Virus record (IMG/VR): IMGVR_UViG_3300012665_000499
Length of the DNA: 20,000 bases
Reading direction: 5' to 3' (one strand)
From: an uncultured virus (IMG/VR IMGVR_UViG_3300012665_000499)
Lineage: Duplodnaviria > Heunggongvirae > Uroviricota > Caudoviricetes
Below the pieces are notes generated by a model, which saw only the letters and a program-made list of their open reading frames with translations, was not told the DNA's origin and did not search any database. The position numbers were made by a program, and so were the translations under genes. Below, in pieces: positions 7,846 through 16,773 of the stretch (position 1 is its first letter; each line of letters opens with the position of its first letter).

Positions 7846-7895
7846 AAGATACTCCAGTTTATCGGGTCATTGAAATAATGCTTGCCGATGACTGA

Positions 7896-7924
7896 ATTCT
7901 ACATGGTTGGTTAGAATTAAGCAA
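7896..7924 (-). promoter_or_regulatory. sigma70-like early promoter
   Basis: TTGCTT (7924-7919), 17-bp spacer, TAGAAT (7901-7896). Confidence 0.65.
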
Positions 7925-8157
7925 GCATTTTATACCGGTATAACTTACCCCACCCCGCCCCCACCAAGCCTTTGTGGCTATGGGACTCCGCCCGTCCCGC
8001 TACGCTGGGCGCGACATTAACGAACACAACCACAATAAAAAGTATAGCTCCTATACCCCCACCCCCCTCAATACAGAGACCCCCCGGGTACCAAAATAAA
8101 ACACACCTCGAAAAAAATACTATACAATCCGCCCAACTTAGGCTGCACAACTTCGCC

Positions 8158-8703
8158 ATGTACCCTGTCTCTATAGATACTGATGTTCCGCTTGCTGAAT
8201 TCGCCCCGACTTTCGAGTCCCTAGATACCCGTGTGGCTGCTGCTCTCGCCTCGCTTGTAGATACCGACTCACTGCCGAACGAAATCTCCGACGAGAACAT
8301 GAATACGTCCCGGGCTATTTTTACCGGGCAACAACTTGCGTCTGATATAGACTTGGCCAAGCCAGAGGTCATCGCTCACCTTGGAGCGCTCCTGCAAGAA
8401 TACGACCACATCGTAGTTAAGTCTGCTGCGCAGCTACGTACATATATAACCAACAAGCTCATTTTGGATTCCGCCAATGCAGACCCACGGGTTCGTCTGA
8501 AGTCACTTGAGATGCTGGGCAAGATCAGCGACGTTGGGTTGTTTACAGACAAGACCGAGATTACGATGCGCCACCGGCCCACGGAAGAGTTGGAGCAGTT
8601 GCTGCGCGAGCGCCTCACCCGGGTAGTCGAAGCAGAAGCCGCCACCCCCTACCAGCCCACCCAGAAAGTTAGCTTAGATATTACAGAGGTGGTTGGCCGG
8701 TGA
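8158..8703 (+). CDS. Putative terminase small subunit
   Basis: Directly upstream of TerL with a GTGA overlap; RLKSLEMLGKISDVGLFTDK is TerS-like. Start ATG 8158 is inferred. Confidence 0.65.
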   Translation: MYPVSIDTDVPLAEFAPTFESLDTRVAAALASLVDTDSLPNEISDENMNTSRAIFTGQQLASDIDLAKPEVIAHLGALLQEYDHIVVKSAAQLRTYITNKLILDSANADPRVRLKSLEMLGKISDVGLFTDKTEITMRHRPTEELEQLLRERLTRVVEAEAATPYQPTQKVSLDITEVVGR

Positions 8704-10229
8704 ACAACATGCTCGAGCTAACCCCCGAGATCATCGAAAAGATCATAAAGGGCATGCCACGGCATGAAGCGGCCGAGCTCCTGATAATGTTTGACGAGTT
8801 GGAGGAGCGCAAGCGGGTGACTATGGCCCAGACGGACTTCCTTGCGTTTATAGCGGCTATTGATAAGACGTATAAGTTCGGTGTTCACCTGAAAAAGCTG
8901 GGCAATCTGCTGATGGACGTGGAGCAGAACACCAAAAACCGGATCGCCGTGAGCATGGCACCGCGTATGGGCAAGTCCCAGATGATTTCGATCTACTACC
9001 CTGCATGGTATTTAGGCAAACACCCCGATCACAAGGTCATTGTGGCCTCCCACACGGCTGATTTGGCGCTGGTTATGGCTAGAAAAGTGCGAAATTTGAT
9101 TAATACTGCCGAATACAAGGCAATTTTCCCCCAAACGGCGATCGCAAGTGACGCTAAGGCCGCTGGACAGTGGAATACGACCAAGGGAGGCGAGTATTTC
9201 TCCATTGGTGTGGGTGGTGCGCTGGCTGGACGGGGTGCTCACCTCATAATTGCCGACGATCCGCTGTCTGAGCAGGACATTAAGTCCGGAAACACCAATT
9301 CTTTGGACAATACGTACGAGTGGTTCAGTGCTGGACTGCGTACCCGCTTGATGCCCGAGGGGAAAATCTGTGTTTTGCATACCCGGTGGCACCAGAGGGA
9401 CCTGATCGGCCGGCTGCTCAAGGATTCCGCCATGAATGAGGGCGGGGACAACTACGAAGCCTTTGATTTCCCAGCTATCCTGAACGAGAACACACCTGAA
9501 GAGAAGTCCATCTGGCCAGAGCAGTGGACATTGGAGGCACTGCAGCAAACCCGGGCGTCAATGCACCACATCATGTGGCAGTGGTTCGCTCAGTACCAAC
9601 AAAACCCGACAGCATCGGAAGCTGCGATCGTCAAACGGGAGTGGATTAAGTGGTGGCCCAAGGACGACCCGCCTCCGATTAACTTCATTGTGCAGGCATA
9701 CGATACGGCGCTTACTACGAAGCAGCGGTCTGACTTCTCTGTGTGCCATACGTGGGGTACGTGGACAAACGAGGAGGACGGGACGGAGAACGTCATCCTG
9801 CTCAACAAGGTCAAGGGGAAGTACGAGTTCCCGGAGCTCAAGAAGATGGCCCACGAGCAGTTCGAGGAGTGGCAGCCAGACAGTGTGATCGTCGAGGCGA
9901 AAGCCAGTGGGCAGCCGCTCATTGACGAGATGCGCAGGTCAGGTATATTCGTGCAGGACTTCAGCCCCGGGAAAGGGCAGGACAAGATCGCGCGGTTGAA
10001 CGCGGTGACGGACATGTTCGCCTCTGGCCATGTGTGGTTCCCTGAGAGCGCATGGGCAGCAGCCACGGTCGAGGAGATTCTGGCGTTCCCCGCCGGCGAG
10101 CACGACGACGAGGTGGATACAATGACGCTGGCCTTAATGCGTATCCGCAAGGGTGGGCTATTGCGCTTGAGCACCGACCACGAGGATAATGAGTTATTTC
10201 GGAAACCCAACCGAATGTCTTTCTACTAA
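8700..10229 (+). CDS. terL: Terminase large subunit
   Basis: Walker A variant APRMGKS, Walker B LIIADD, HTRWH coupling motif, nuclease motifs AYDTA and HDDEVD. Confidence 0.95.
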   Translation: MNNMLELTPEIIEKIIKGMPRHEAAELLIMFDELEERKRVTMAQTDFLAFIAAIDKTYKFGVHLKKLGNLLMDVEQNTKNRIAVSMAPRMGKSQMISIYYPAWYLGKHPDHKVIVASHTADLALVMARKVRNLINTAEYKAIFPQTAIASDAKAAGQWNTTKGGEYFSIGVGGALAGRGAHLIIADDPLSEQDIKSGNTNSLDNTYEWFSAGLRTRLMPEGKICVLHTRWHQRDLIGRLLKDSAMNEGGDNYEAFDFPAILNENTPEEKSIWPEQWTLEALQQTRASMHHIMWQWFAQYQQNPTASEAAIVKREWIKWWPKDDPPPINFIVQAYDTALTTKQRSDFSVCHTWGTWTNEEDGTENVILLNKVKGKYEFPELKKMAHEQFEEWQPDSVIVEAKASGQPLIDEMRRSGIFVQDFSPGKGQDKIARLNAVTDMFASGHVWFPESAWAAATVEEILAFPAGEHDDEVDTMTLALMRIRKGGLLRLSTDHEDNELFRKPNRMSFY

Positions 10230-10235
10230 GGATAT

Positions 10236-10511
10236 ATGGCGACTTCACAATTTATGGGGGCAAATAGTTTGATCGACCGCTTGGCCGCACAAGTTGGGTC
10301 GAGAGAGACTGCCATTAAATTACTGCGTAGCCGTGGACAGATGGAGGAGCACTCCGAGAACTTGACCGCCGCAGGTAAAGCGCGTGACGCGATGACTGCT
10401 GAGGAGAGAGCCAAAGACCGCGCGTCTAAACTCTCAGGCAAGAAACCTACCGCGTATTCATACGATCCGAAAACTAACCGAGCTACGCTAGCGCGAAGCG
10501 GAAAGAAATAA
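10236..10511 (+). CDS. Basic hypothetical protein
   Basis: 91 aa, AAGGA RBS, between terL and portal. Confidence 0.8.
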   Translation: MATSQFMGANSLIDRLAAQVGSRETAIKLLRSRGQMEEHSENLTAAGKARDAMTAEERAKDRASKLSGKKPTAYSYDPKTNRATLARSGKK

Positions 10512-10512
10512 T

Positions 10513-13041
10513 ATGGCAACCAACAGCATGAGCCCCGCCCTGTACCAAGCCCCCATGGGTATCGACGCAGGAGAAGCTGAACCCGATTTGGAGATTGAGA
10601 TCGAAGACCCAGAAGGGGTAACGATTAAAGCGGGCGGCATGGAGATTGAGATTCTCCCTCATACTGAAGAAGAGTTCGACGCAAACTTAGCCGAGGAGAT
10701 GGACGACGGTGAGTTGCAGAAGCTGGCCAGTGAGTTGATTGATCTGGTGGATACGGATATCCAGTCGCGCAAAGATTGGGTGGAGATGTATGTCAAGGGC
10801 CTTGAGGTCTTGGGCATGAACTACGAAGAGCGTACCGAGCCGTGGCTAGGTGCCTGTGGTGTGTACTCCACAATCCTCACAGAAGCGGCCATCAGGTTCC
10901 AGTCAGAAACTATTACTGAGAGCTTCCCCGCGCAGGGCCCCGTCAAGACTCGGATCATTGGGGAAGAGAACCCAGAAACCACCGAGGCTGCAGAGCGTGT
11001 CCGCGACGACATGAACTACCAGTTGACTGAGGTGATGCTCGAGTATCGCCCGGAGCATGAGCGCATGCTGTACAGCTTGGGCTTGGCAGGATCGGCGTTC
11101 AAGAAGGTCTACTACGACCCAGCACTGGGCCGGCAGGTGTCGATGTACATCCCTGCAGAGGATATTATTATTCCTTATGGAGCGTCTAGCACTCAGACGG
11201 CCGAGCGTGTTACCCATGTGATGCGCAAGACAAAAAACGACATTCGTAAGCTGCAGGTGGCAGGGTTCTACCGCGACATCGAGTTGTCTGACCCAGAACC
11301 GATCCACACTGACGTGGAGAAGAAGAAAGCGGAAGGCCAAGGCTATACGCTGACTGACGACGAGCGCTATCAGATTCTTGAGATTCACGTTGACTACAAC
11401 CTGCCCGGGTATGAGGACGACGATGAGATCGCACTGCCTTACATTGTTACGATTGACCGGGGCACCTCAGAGGTGTTGGCCATCCGCCGTAACTGGAACA
11501 AAGACGACGAGCTCGAGCAGAAACGCCAGCACTTCGTGCAATACACCTATGTGCCCGGGTTCGGAGCCTACGGCCTTGGCCTGATTCACTTGATCGGTGG
11601 CTACGCGCGCGCAGGTACATCTCTGATTCGTCAGTTGGTGGACGCTGGCACATTGTCGAACTTGCCCGGTGGTATGAAGACCAAGGGTATGCGCGTCAAA
11701 GGAGATGACACTCCTATCGCTCCCGGCGAGTTCCGAGATGTGGACGTTGCCTCCGGCACGATCCGCGACAACATCATGGCGCTCCCATACAAAGAGCCAA
11801 GCCAAGTTCTGTTGGCATTGCTGAACCAGATCACTGAAGAAGGTCGTCGCTTAGGCTCGATCTCCGACATGAACATCAGCGACATGGGCGCGAACGCTCC
11901 GGTAGGTACAACACTTGCGCTGCTTGAGCGTCAGTTGAAAACTATGTCGGCCGTACAGGCGCGTGTCCACTACTCGATGAAGCAGGAGTTCAAGCTCCTC
12001 AAAGAAATCATCCGTGACTACACACCTGAAGATTACAACTACACACCTGAAGGTGGAGACCGTAAAGCGAAGCAAGCGGACTACGACCTCGTAGAAGTTA
12101 TTCCTGTGTCGGACCCCAACAGTTCGACAATGGCCCAGCGGATCATGCAGTACCAAGCTGTTATTCAGTTGGCCCAGAGCGCACCACAGATTTACAACCT
12201 CCCACATCTGCACCGTCAGATGATTGAGGTGCTCGGTGTTAAGAACGCCGACAAGTTGGTGCCCATCGACGACGACCAGAAGCCCCGCGATCCGATCTCG
12301 GAGAACATGGCGTTCCTCAATGGCAAGCCCACGAAGGCGTTCATCTACCAAGACCACGAAGCACACATTGCGGTACACAGCACGTTCATGCAAGACCCGA
12401 TGATCGCAGCCTCTATTGGCCAGAGCCCGATGGCCGCGCAGATGCAGGCCGCCATTCAGGCGCACATTGCAGAACACCTTGGCTACGCATACCGCGTGAA
12501 GATTCAAGAACGCCTTGGCGCGCCGTTGCCCACTCCTGACGTGGAGCTCTCACCTGAGTTGGAGGTCCAGTTGTCCCGCGTGGTCGCACAAGCCGCGCAG
12601 CAGTTGCTCACCATCAACAAGGCCCAAGCTGCTCAACAGCAAGCGCAGCAGCAAGCCCAAGACCCGATCCTCCAGTTGCAGATGCAGGAAGTTCAGATCA
12701 AGAAGCAAGACGCGGATACTAAGGCCCGCAAGGTGGACGCTGACATCGCGAACAACCGCGAGAAGCTGGCGCTCGAGGCGGACAAGGGCGGTATGGACCC
12801 CATGCAGCTAATGCAAGAGGCCCAACAAGCTGAACAGCAGCACCAGCAGCAGCTACAGATTCAAGCCCAGCAGGCGCAACAGGCCGCGCAAGTTGCCCAA
12901 CAGCAGCAGGGTATGAAACAGCAGCAGATGGCACAGGCTGCACAACACAAAAATCAGGCCCACCAGCAGGGGCTCACCCACAAACAACAACTGCACGAGC
13001 AGCGGCTGGCCACGCCCCAACCCCCAAAGGAAGGAGCGTAA
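10513..13041 (+). CDS. Portal protein (P22-like, Gln-rich coiled-coil C-terminus)
   Basis: 842 aa after terL; GSAFKKVYYD, YGLGLIHL and NLPGG motifs of podovirus portals. Confidence 0.88.
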   Translation: MATNSMSPALYQAPMGIDAGEAEPDLEIEIEDPEGVTIKAGGMEIEILPHTEEEFDANLAEEMDDGELQKLASELIDLVDTDIQSRKDWVEMYVKGLEVLGMNYEERTEPWLGACGVYSTILTEAAIRFQSETITESFPAQGPVKTRIIGEENPETTEAAERVRDDMNYQLTEVMLEYRPEHERMLYSLGLAGSAFKKVYYDPALGRQVSMYIPAEDIIIPYGASSTQTAERVTHVMRKTKNDIRKLQVAGFYRDIELSDPEPIHTDVEKKKAEGQGYTLTDDERYQILEIHVDYNLPGYEDDDEIALPYIVTIDRGTSEVLAIRRNWNKDDELEQKRQHFVQYTYVPGFGAYGLGLIHLIGGYARAGTSLIRQLVDAGTLSNLPGGMKTKGMRVKGDDTPIAPGEFRDVDVASGTIRDNIMALPYKEPSQVLLALLNQITEEGRRLGSISDMNISDMGANAPVGTTLALLERQLKTMSAVQARVHYSMKQEFKLLKEIIRDYTPEDYNYTPEGGDRKAKQADYDLVEVIPVSDPNSSTMAQRIMQYQAVIQLAQSAPQIYNLPHLHRQMIEVLGVKNADKLVPIDDDQKPRDPISENMAFLNGKPTKAFIYQDHEAHIAVHSTFMQDPMIAASIGQSPMAAQMQAAIQAHIAEHLGYAYRVKIQERLGAPLPTPDVELSPELEVQLSRVVAQAAQQLLTINKAQAAQQQAQQQAQDPILQLQMQEVQIKKQDADTKARKVDADIANNREKLALEADKGGMDPMQLMQEAQQAEQQHQQQLQIQAQQAQQAAQVAQQQQGMKQQQMAQAAQHKNQAHQQGLTHKQQLHEQRLATPQPPKEGA

Positions 13042-13242
13042 ATGGAACAGAACGTAATGGACCTGCTGACGAAGCAGCTTAACGAGGATCGAGACATGCT
13101 TATTTCCGCTATTGCGGGCGGGAAAGTAGCTGATTTCGCGGAGTACAAAGAGCTATGCGGGCAAATCCGGGGTATCTCCCGAGCACAAATCCGTGTATCT
13201 GAGATGGTGTCGCGCCTGCGACAGGGAGAGCAGGACGACTGA
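13042..13242 (+). CDS. Small conserved head-module protein
   Basis: 66 aa, AGGAG RBS; DFAEYKELCGQIRGI is typical of the gene following such portals. Confidence 0.8.
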   Translation: MEQNVMDLLTKQLNEDRDMLISAIAGGKVADFAEYKELCGQIRGISRAQIRVSEMVSRLRQGEQDD

Positions 13243-13313
13243 GTTTGGATGGGTTTATCTGGGGTTACCCGCCGAAATACGCTAAACCCCATGCGTGAAA
13301 GTAAGGAAGTCAA

Positions 13314-13715
13314 ATGTCAGAATTTAATGTTAACGCCGTAGATTTGTCTGGGGTACTCAACGCCACAGATGAAGAAAAGGCCCGACAAATTCCAGACCCG
13401 GTTACGTACCACTTGCTGTGTATGTTGCCCAAGGCCGAGGAAGAAATCGGAGAGAGCGGACTGATTAAAACCAGCCAAATGATGCACCACGAGGAGCTTT
13501 TGTCCCCCGTGTTGTTCGTAGCCAAAATGGGCCCTGACGCCTTTACCGACGAAAAACGCTTCCCCAGCGGCCCAAGCTGCAAGGTAGGTGACTTTATCTT
13601 GGTACGTCCCAACAGCGGTACACGGATGAAAATCCACAATACCGAGTGGCGACTCATCAATGATGACTCGGTTGAAGCAGTTATCCAAGACCCACGAGGA
13701 GTACAACGGCCATGA
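13314..13715 (+). CDS. GroES/Cpn10-like co-chaperonin
   Basis: ESGLI mobile-loop region, VAKMGPDAF, CKVGDFILV, RLINDDSVEAVI. Confidence 0.8.
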   Translation: MSEFNVNAVDLSGVLNATDEEKARQIPDPVTYHLLCMLPKAEEEIGESGLIKTSQMMHHEELLSPVLFVAKMGPDAFTDEKRFPSGPSCKVGDFILVRPNSGTRMKIHNTEWRLINDDSVEAVIQDPRGVQRP

Positions 13716-14665
13716 GCATCGAACAAACTGAATTTGAGTTTCCCGACGAGGAAGGTACCAAAAACGCTCGCGCAGGCGGACGTGTGGTTGAACCTGAGTC
13801 TGAGCCAGAGATCGAAATCGTTGACGACACCCCTGAAAAGGACCGCCACCGCACTCCCCTAGGCGAAGCCCCCAAGCCTGTAACGGAGGAAGAACTCTCC
13901 AAATATAGCGATCAGAAGCTAAAAGACCGCCTTGCCCACATGAATAAGGGGTATCACGAAGAGCGTCGGGCCAAAGAAGTGGCCTTGCGGGAACGTGAAG
14001 AGGCCGTACGGGTCGCTCAGTCTGTAGTGGAGGAGAACAAACGCCTGCAAGGGTCGCTGGCCTCCAACCAAACGGCACTGATTGACCAAGCTAAGCTGGT
14101 AGTAGCTTCGGAAATCGAAGATGCTAAGCGGGCTTACAAGGACGCCTACGAGGCTGGGGATGCTGACGCGCTCACAAAAGCGCAAGAAAAGCTGACTTCT
14201 GCATCAATTCGTGCAGATAAAGTACAGAATTTCAAGCCGGCACCTTTACAAACTACAGAATATCCTGTACAAACGCAACAACAGGTTCCTCAAGCGCCTG
14301 AAGTTGATGCTAAAACACGCGACTGGTTAGACAAAAATTCGTGGTTTGGTACCAACCGAAAGATGGCAGCTTACGCTCTCATTTTGCACGAGGACCTAAA
14401 GGATTCTGGTGTGCCTGTGGCTAGTGATGAATATTACGAAGCTATCGACGCCGATATGAGAAAACGGTTCCCTGAGTCATTTGCAGAGGAACCCGCTGAT
14501 GCTAAAACTTCTCAGCGAACAAAATCAAATGTAGTTGCACCCGCATCACGTAGTACAGCGCCTCGAAAGATCGTACTTACACAAACGCAGGTAAACATCG
14601 CCAAGCGGCTCGGCGTTCCTTTGGAACTCTATGCTCGTAAGGTTGCGGAAGAAATGAGGAAATAA
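13712..14665 (+). CDS. Putative capsid scaffolding protein
   Basis: Acidic N-terminus, long coiled coil, C-terminal LTQTQVNIAKRLGV helix; upstream of the capsid gene. Confidence 0.75.
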   Translation: MSIEQTEFEFPDEEGTKNARAGGRVVEPESEPEIEIVDDTPEKDRHRTPLGEAPKPVTEEELSKYSDQKLKDRLAHMNKGYHEERRAKEVALREREEAVRVAQSVVEENKRLQGSLASNQTALIDQAKLVVASEIEDAKRAYKDAYEAGDADALTKAQEKLTSASIRADKVQNFKPAPLQTTEYPVQTQQQVPQAPEVDAKTRDWLDKNSWFGTNRKMAAYALILHEDLKDSGVPVASDEYYEAIDADMRKRFPESFAEEPADAKTSQRTKSNVVAPASRSTAPRKIVLTQTQVNIAKRLGVPLELYARKVAEEMRK

Positions 14666-14668
14666 ATT

Positions 14669-15121
14669 ATGACTGAACAAATTCGTAAGAGCCGTGAGCT
14701 TGATACCCGCGCAACCACAACTCGCCCAGCGAAGTGGCTGCCACCCCAGCTTCTACCTGATCCCACACCGGAGGAGGGTTATGCGTTTCGCTGGATTCGT
14801 ACCTCGACTCTTGGCAAAGATGATCCGACAAATTTATCCTCGAAGCTACGTGAAGGCTGGGAGCCTGTAAAGGCATCTGACCATCCTGAGATTAGATTGT
14901 TTGGTACGGCCGATGGCCAGTTTCCAGACAGTGTTGTCGTAGGTGGATTGATGTTATGCAAAACACCCGTGGAATTTACGGAACAACGTGACGAGTACTA
15001 CCGCCAACAAGCGGAAACTCAAATGAATTCTGTAGATAACACGTACATGCGCGAGAGTGACCCACGTATGCCGCTTTTTAAAGAGCGTAGTACCAAGGTA
15101 ACTTTCGGTAAAGGTATTTAA
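14669..15121 (+). CDS. Conserved head-module hypothetical protein
   Basis: 150 aa with FRWIR, REGWEPV and GGLMLCK motifs. Confidence 0.8.
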   Translation: MTEQIRKSRELDTRATTTRPAKWLPPQLLPDPTPEEGYAFRWIRTSTLGKDDPTNLSSKLREGWEPVKASDHPEIRLFGTADGQFPDSVVVGGLMLCKTPVEFTEQRDEYYRQQAETQMNSVDNTYMRESDPRMPLFKERSTKVTFGKGI

Positions 15122-15138
15122 TTTTTAGGAGACCTTAA

Positions 15139-15762
15139 ATGGCATCTACCGCTTCTCCCTACGGCCTCCGTGCCGTAAACGAGTTGGGTGGCCTACCTTA
15201 TGCAGGTAGCACTCGCTCGTTTGCAATCAACCCCGCTGGTTACGGCACAAACATCTATAACGGAAGTTTGGTGTATGTTACAACCTCGGGTTACATCGAA
15301 ATCGTTACCGCTACTGGCGCTGACGCAACCACAAACGGCTTCCCTGTTGGCACTGCTAACACCGGCGCTGTTGGTGTGTTTGTTGGATGCTCTTACGTTA
15401 ACGCACAAGGTCAAACCGTTTTCTCTCAATACTACCCAGCCAGCGCGTTGAACGCAGTAGCATTTGTGATTGACGACGACCGTACCGTGTTCCAAGTTCA
15501 GTCTGCTGGTACTGTTACCATCGCTGCTCTGGGTGCAAACGTGTTCTTCTCCACTGGTGCAGTGGCTACTGGTAGCACAACTACTGGTAACTCCACCGCT
15601 TCCGTTGTGGCTGGAGCTTCCGCTGTTGCTACTACCGCCGCTTTCCGCGTCGTTGGTTTTGTAAACATGGTTGGCTTCTCCACAGTAGGTGACGCATATA
15701 CTGATATTCTGGTGAAGTTCAACCCCGGATACCACTCTTACAGCAACGCTGTTGGTCTGTAA
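15139..15762 (+). CDS. Putative capsid decoration/cement protein
   Basis: 207 aa, A/G/T/V-rich, PYGLRAV and GVFVGC motifs, AGGAG RBS, immediately before the major capsid gene. Confidence 0.7.
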   Translation: MASTASPYGLRAVNELGGLPYAGSTRSFAINPAGYGTNIYNGSLVYVTTSGYIEIVTATGADATTNGFPVGTANTGAVGVFVGCSYVNAQGQTVFSQYYPASALNAVAFVIDDDRTVFQVQSAGTVTIAALGANVFFSTGAVATGSTTTGNSTASVVAGASAVATTAAFRVVGFVNMVGFSTVGDAYTDILVKFNPGYHSYSNAVGL

Positions 15763-15775
15763 AAGGAGCTAAATC

Positions 15776-16687
15776 ATGGCTATTTCACGCGCACAACTAC
15801 TTAAAGAACTCTTGCCCGGTCTGAACGCTTTGTTTGGACTTGAGTACGCCAAATATGGTGAAGAGCACAAAGAAATCTACGAAACAGAAGCGTCTGAGCG
15901 TAGTTTTGAAGAAGAGACCAAGCTGTCTGGCTTCTCCGCCGCTCCGGTGAAGAACGAGGGCTCTGCCATTGCTTATGACAATGCGCAAGAAGCTTGGACT
16001 GCACGTTACAACCACGAAACAATCGCGATGGGTTTCTCCATCACTGAAGAAGCCGTGGAAGATAACTTGTATGACTCTTTGTCAGCACGTTACACCAAGG
16101 CTTTGGCCCGTGGTATGGCGTACACCAAACAGGTCAAGGCTGCCTATGTATTGAACAACGCGTTCAACACTGCGGTTACCTACGGCGACGGCGTTACCTT
16201 GTGTAACACTGCTCACCCCCTGATCTCTGGTGGCACCAACAGCAATCGTCCTACGACCGGCGCTGATTTGAACGAAACTTCGTTGGAAAACGCAGTTATT
16301 CAGATCGCTGCTTGGACAGACGAGCGCGGTTTGCTGATCGCTGCTAAGCCTAAGAAATTGGTCGTTCCTCCTGCTTTGATGTTCGTTGCTACCCGTTTGT
16401 TGGAAACTAACCTCCGTGTTGGTACTGCTGACAACGATATCAACGCGTTGAAGAACAACGGTTCGATCCCTGAAGGCTACACAGTCAACCACTTCTTGAC
16501 CGACACAAACGGTTGGTTCTTGTTGTCTGACGTGCCTAACGGCTTGAAGCACTTCGTCCGTATGCCTTTGGCTAACTCCATGGACGGTGACTTTGATACT
16601 GGTAACGTCCGTTACAAGGCTCGCGAGCGTTATTCGTTCGGCGTGTCTGACCCACTTGGCATCTTCGGATCGCCCGGTTCGTCCTAA
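15776..16687 (+). CDS. Major capsid protein (HK97 fold, Mu gpT-like family)
   Basis: 303 aa, MAISRAQLLKELLPGLNALFG N-terminus, KLVVPPAL, YKARERYSFG; AAGGAG RBS, biased codons, terminator after. Confidence 0.9.
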   Translation: MAISRAQLLKELLPGLNALFGLEYAKYGEEHKEIYETEASERSFEEETKLSGFSAAPVKNEGSAIAYDNAQEAWTARYNHETIAMGFSITEEAVEDNLYDSLSARYTKALARGMAYTKQVKAAYVLNNAFNTAVTYGDGVTLCNTAHPLISGGTNSNRPTTGADLNETSLENAVIQIAAWTDERGLLIAAKPKKLVVPPALMFVATRLLETNLRVGTADNDINALKNNGSIPEGYTVNHFLTDTNGWFLLSDVPNGLKHFVRMPLANSMDGDFDTGNVRYKARERYSFGVSDPLGIFGSPGSS

Positions 16688-16704
16688 GCCCTCGGGCTTA
16701 TTAG

Positions 16705-16734
16705 AAAGGGCTCCTTCGGGGGCCCTTTTTATTT
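16705..16734 (+). terminator. Intrinsic terminator after the capsid gene
   Basis: AAAGGGCTCC-TTCG-GGGGCCCTTT followed by TTATTT. Confidence 0.9.
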
Positions 16735-16735
16735 G

Positions 16736-16764
16736 TTGCGCACACCCAAATAAAGTGATATATT
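16736..16764 (+). promoter_or_regulatory. Possible sigma70-like promoter
   Basis: TTGCGC, 17-bp spacer, TATATT with extended-10 TG. Confidence 0.45.
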
Positions 16765-16773
16765 GCTGCTAAT

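Larger units (their letters stand above)
2134..7946. repeat. Dispersed palindrome AASTTATA-N4/5-TATAASTT, 13 copies
   Basis: Copies start at 2134, 3420, 3884, 4206, 4881, 5440, 5938, 6112, 6396, 6788, 6846, 7012 and 7930. Confidence 0.9.

Noticed and set aside
2134..7946. Palindromes as a CRISPR array, loxP/dif sites or integron attC sites
   Set aside because: Spacing is irregular and gene-sized, no cas or recombinase is visible, the ATAACTT arms are arranged opposite to loxP, and there are no attC R/L boxes.
7972..8157. N-terminal extension of the TerS candidate
   Set aside because: It translates C-runs and AT-rich promoter-like DNA (TACAAT at 8123); ATG 8158 is more plausible.
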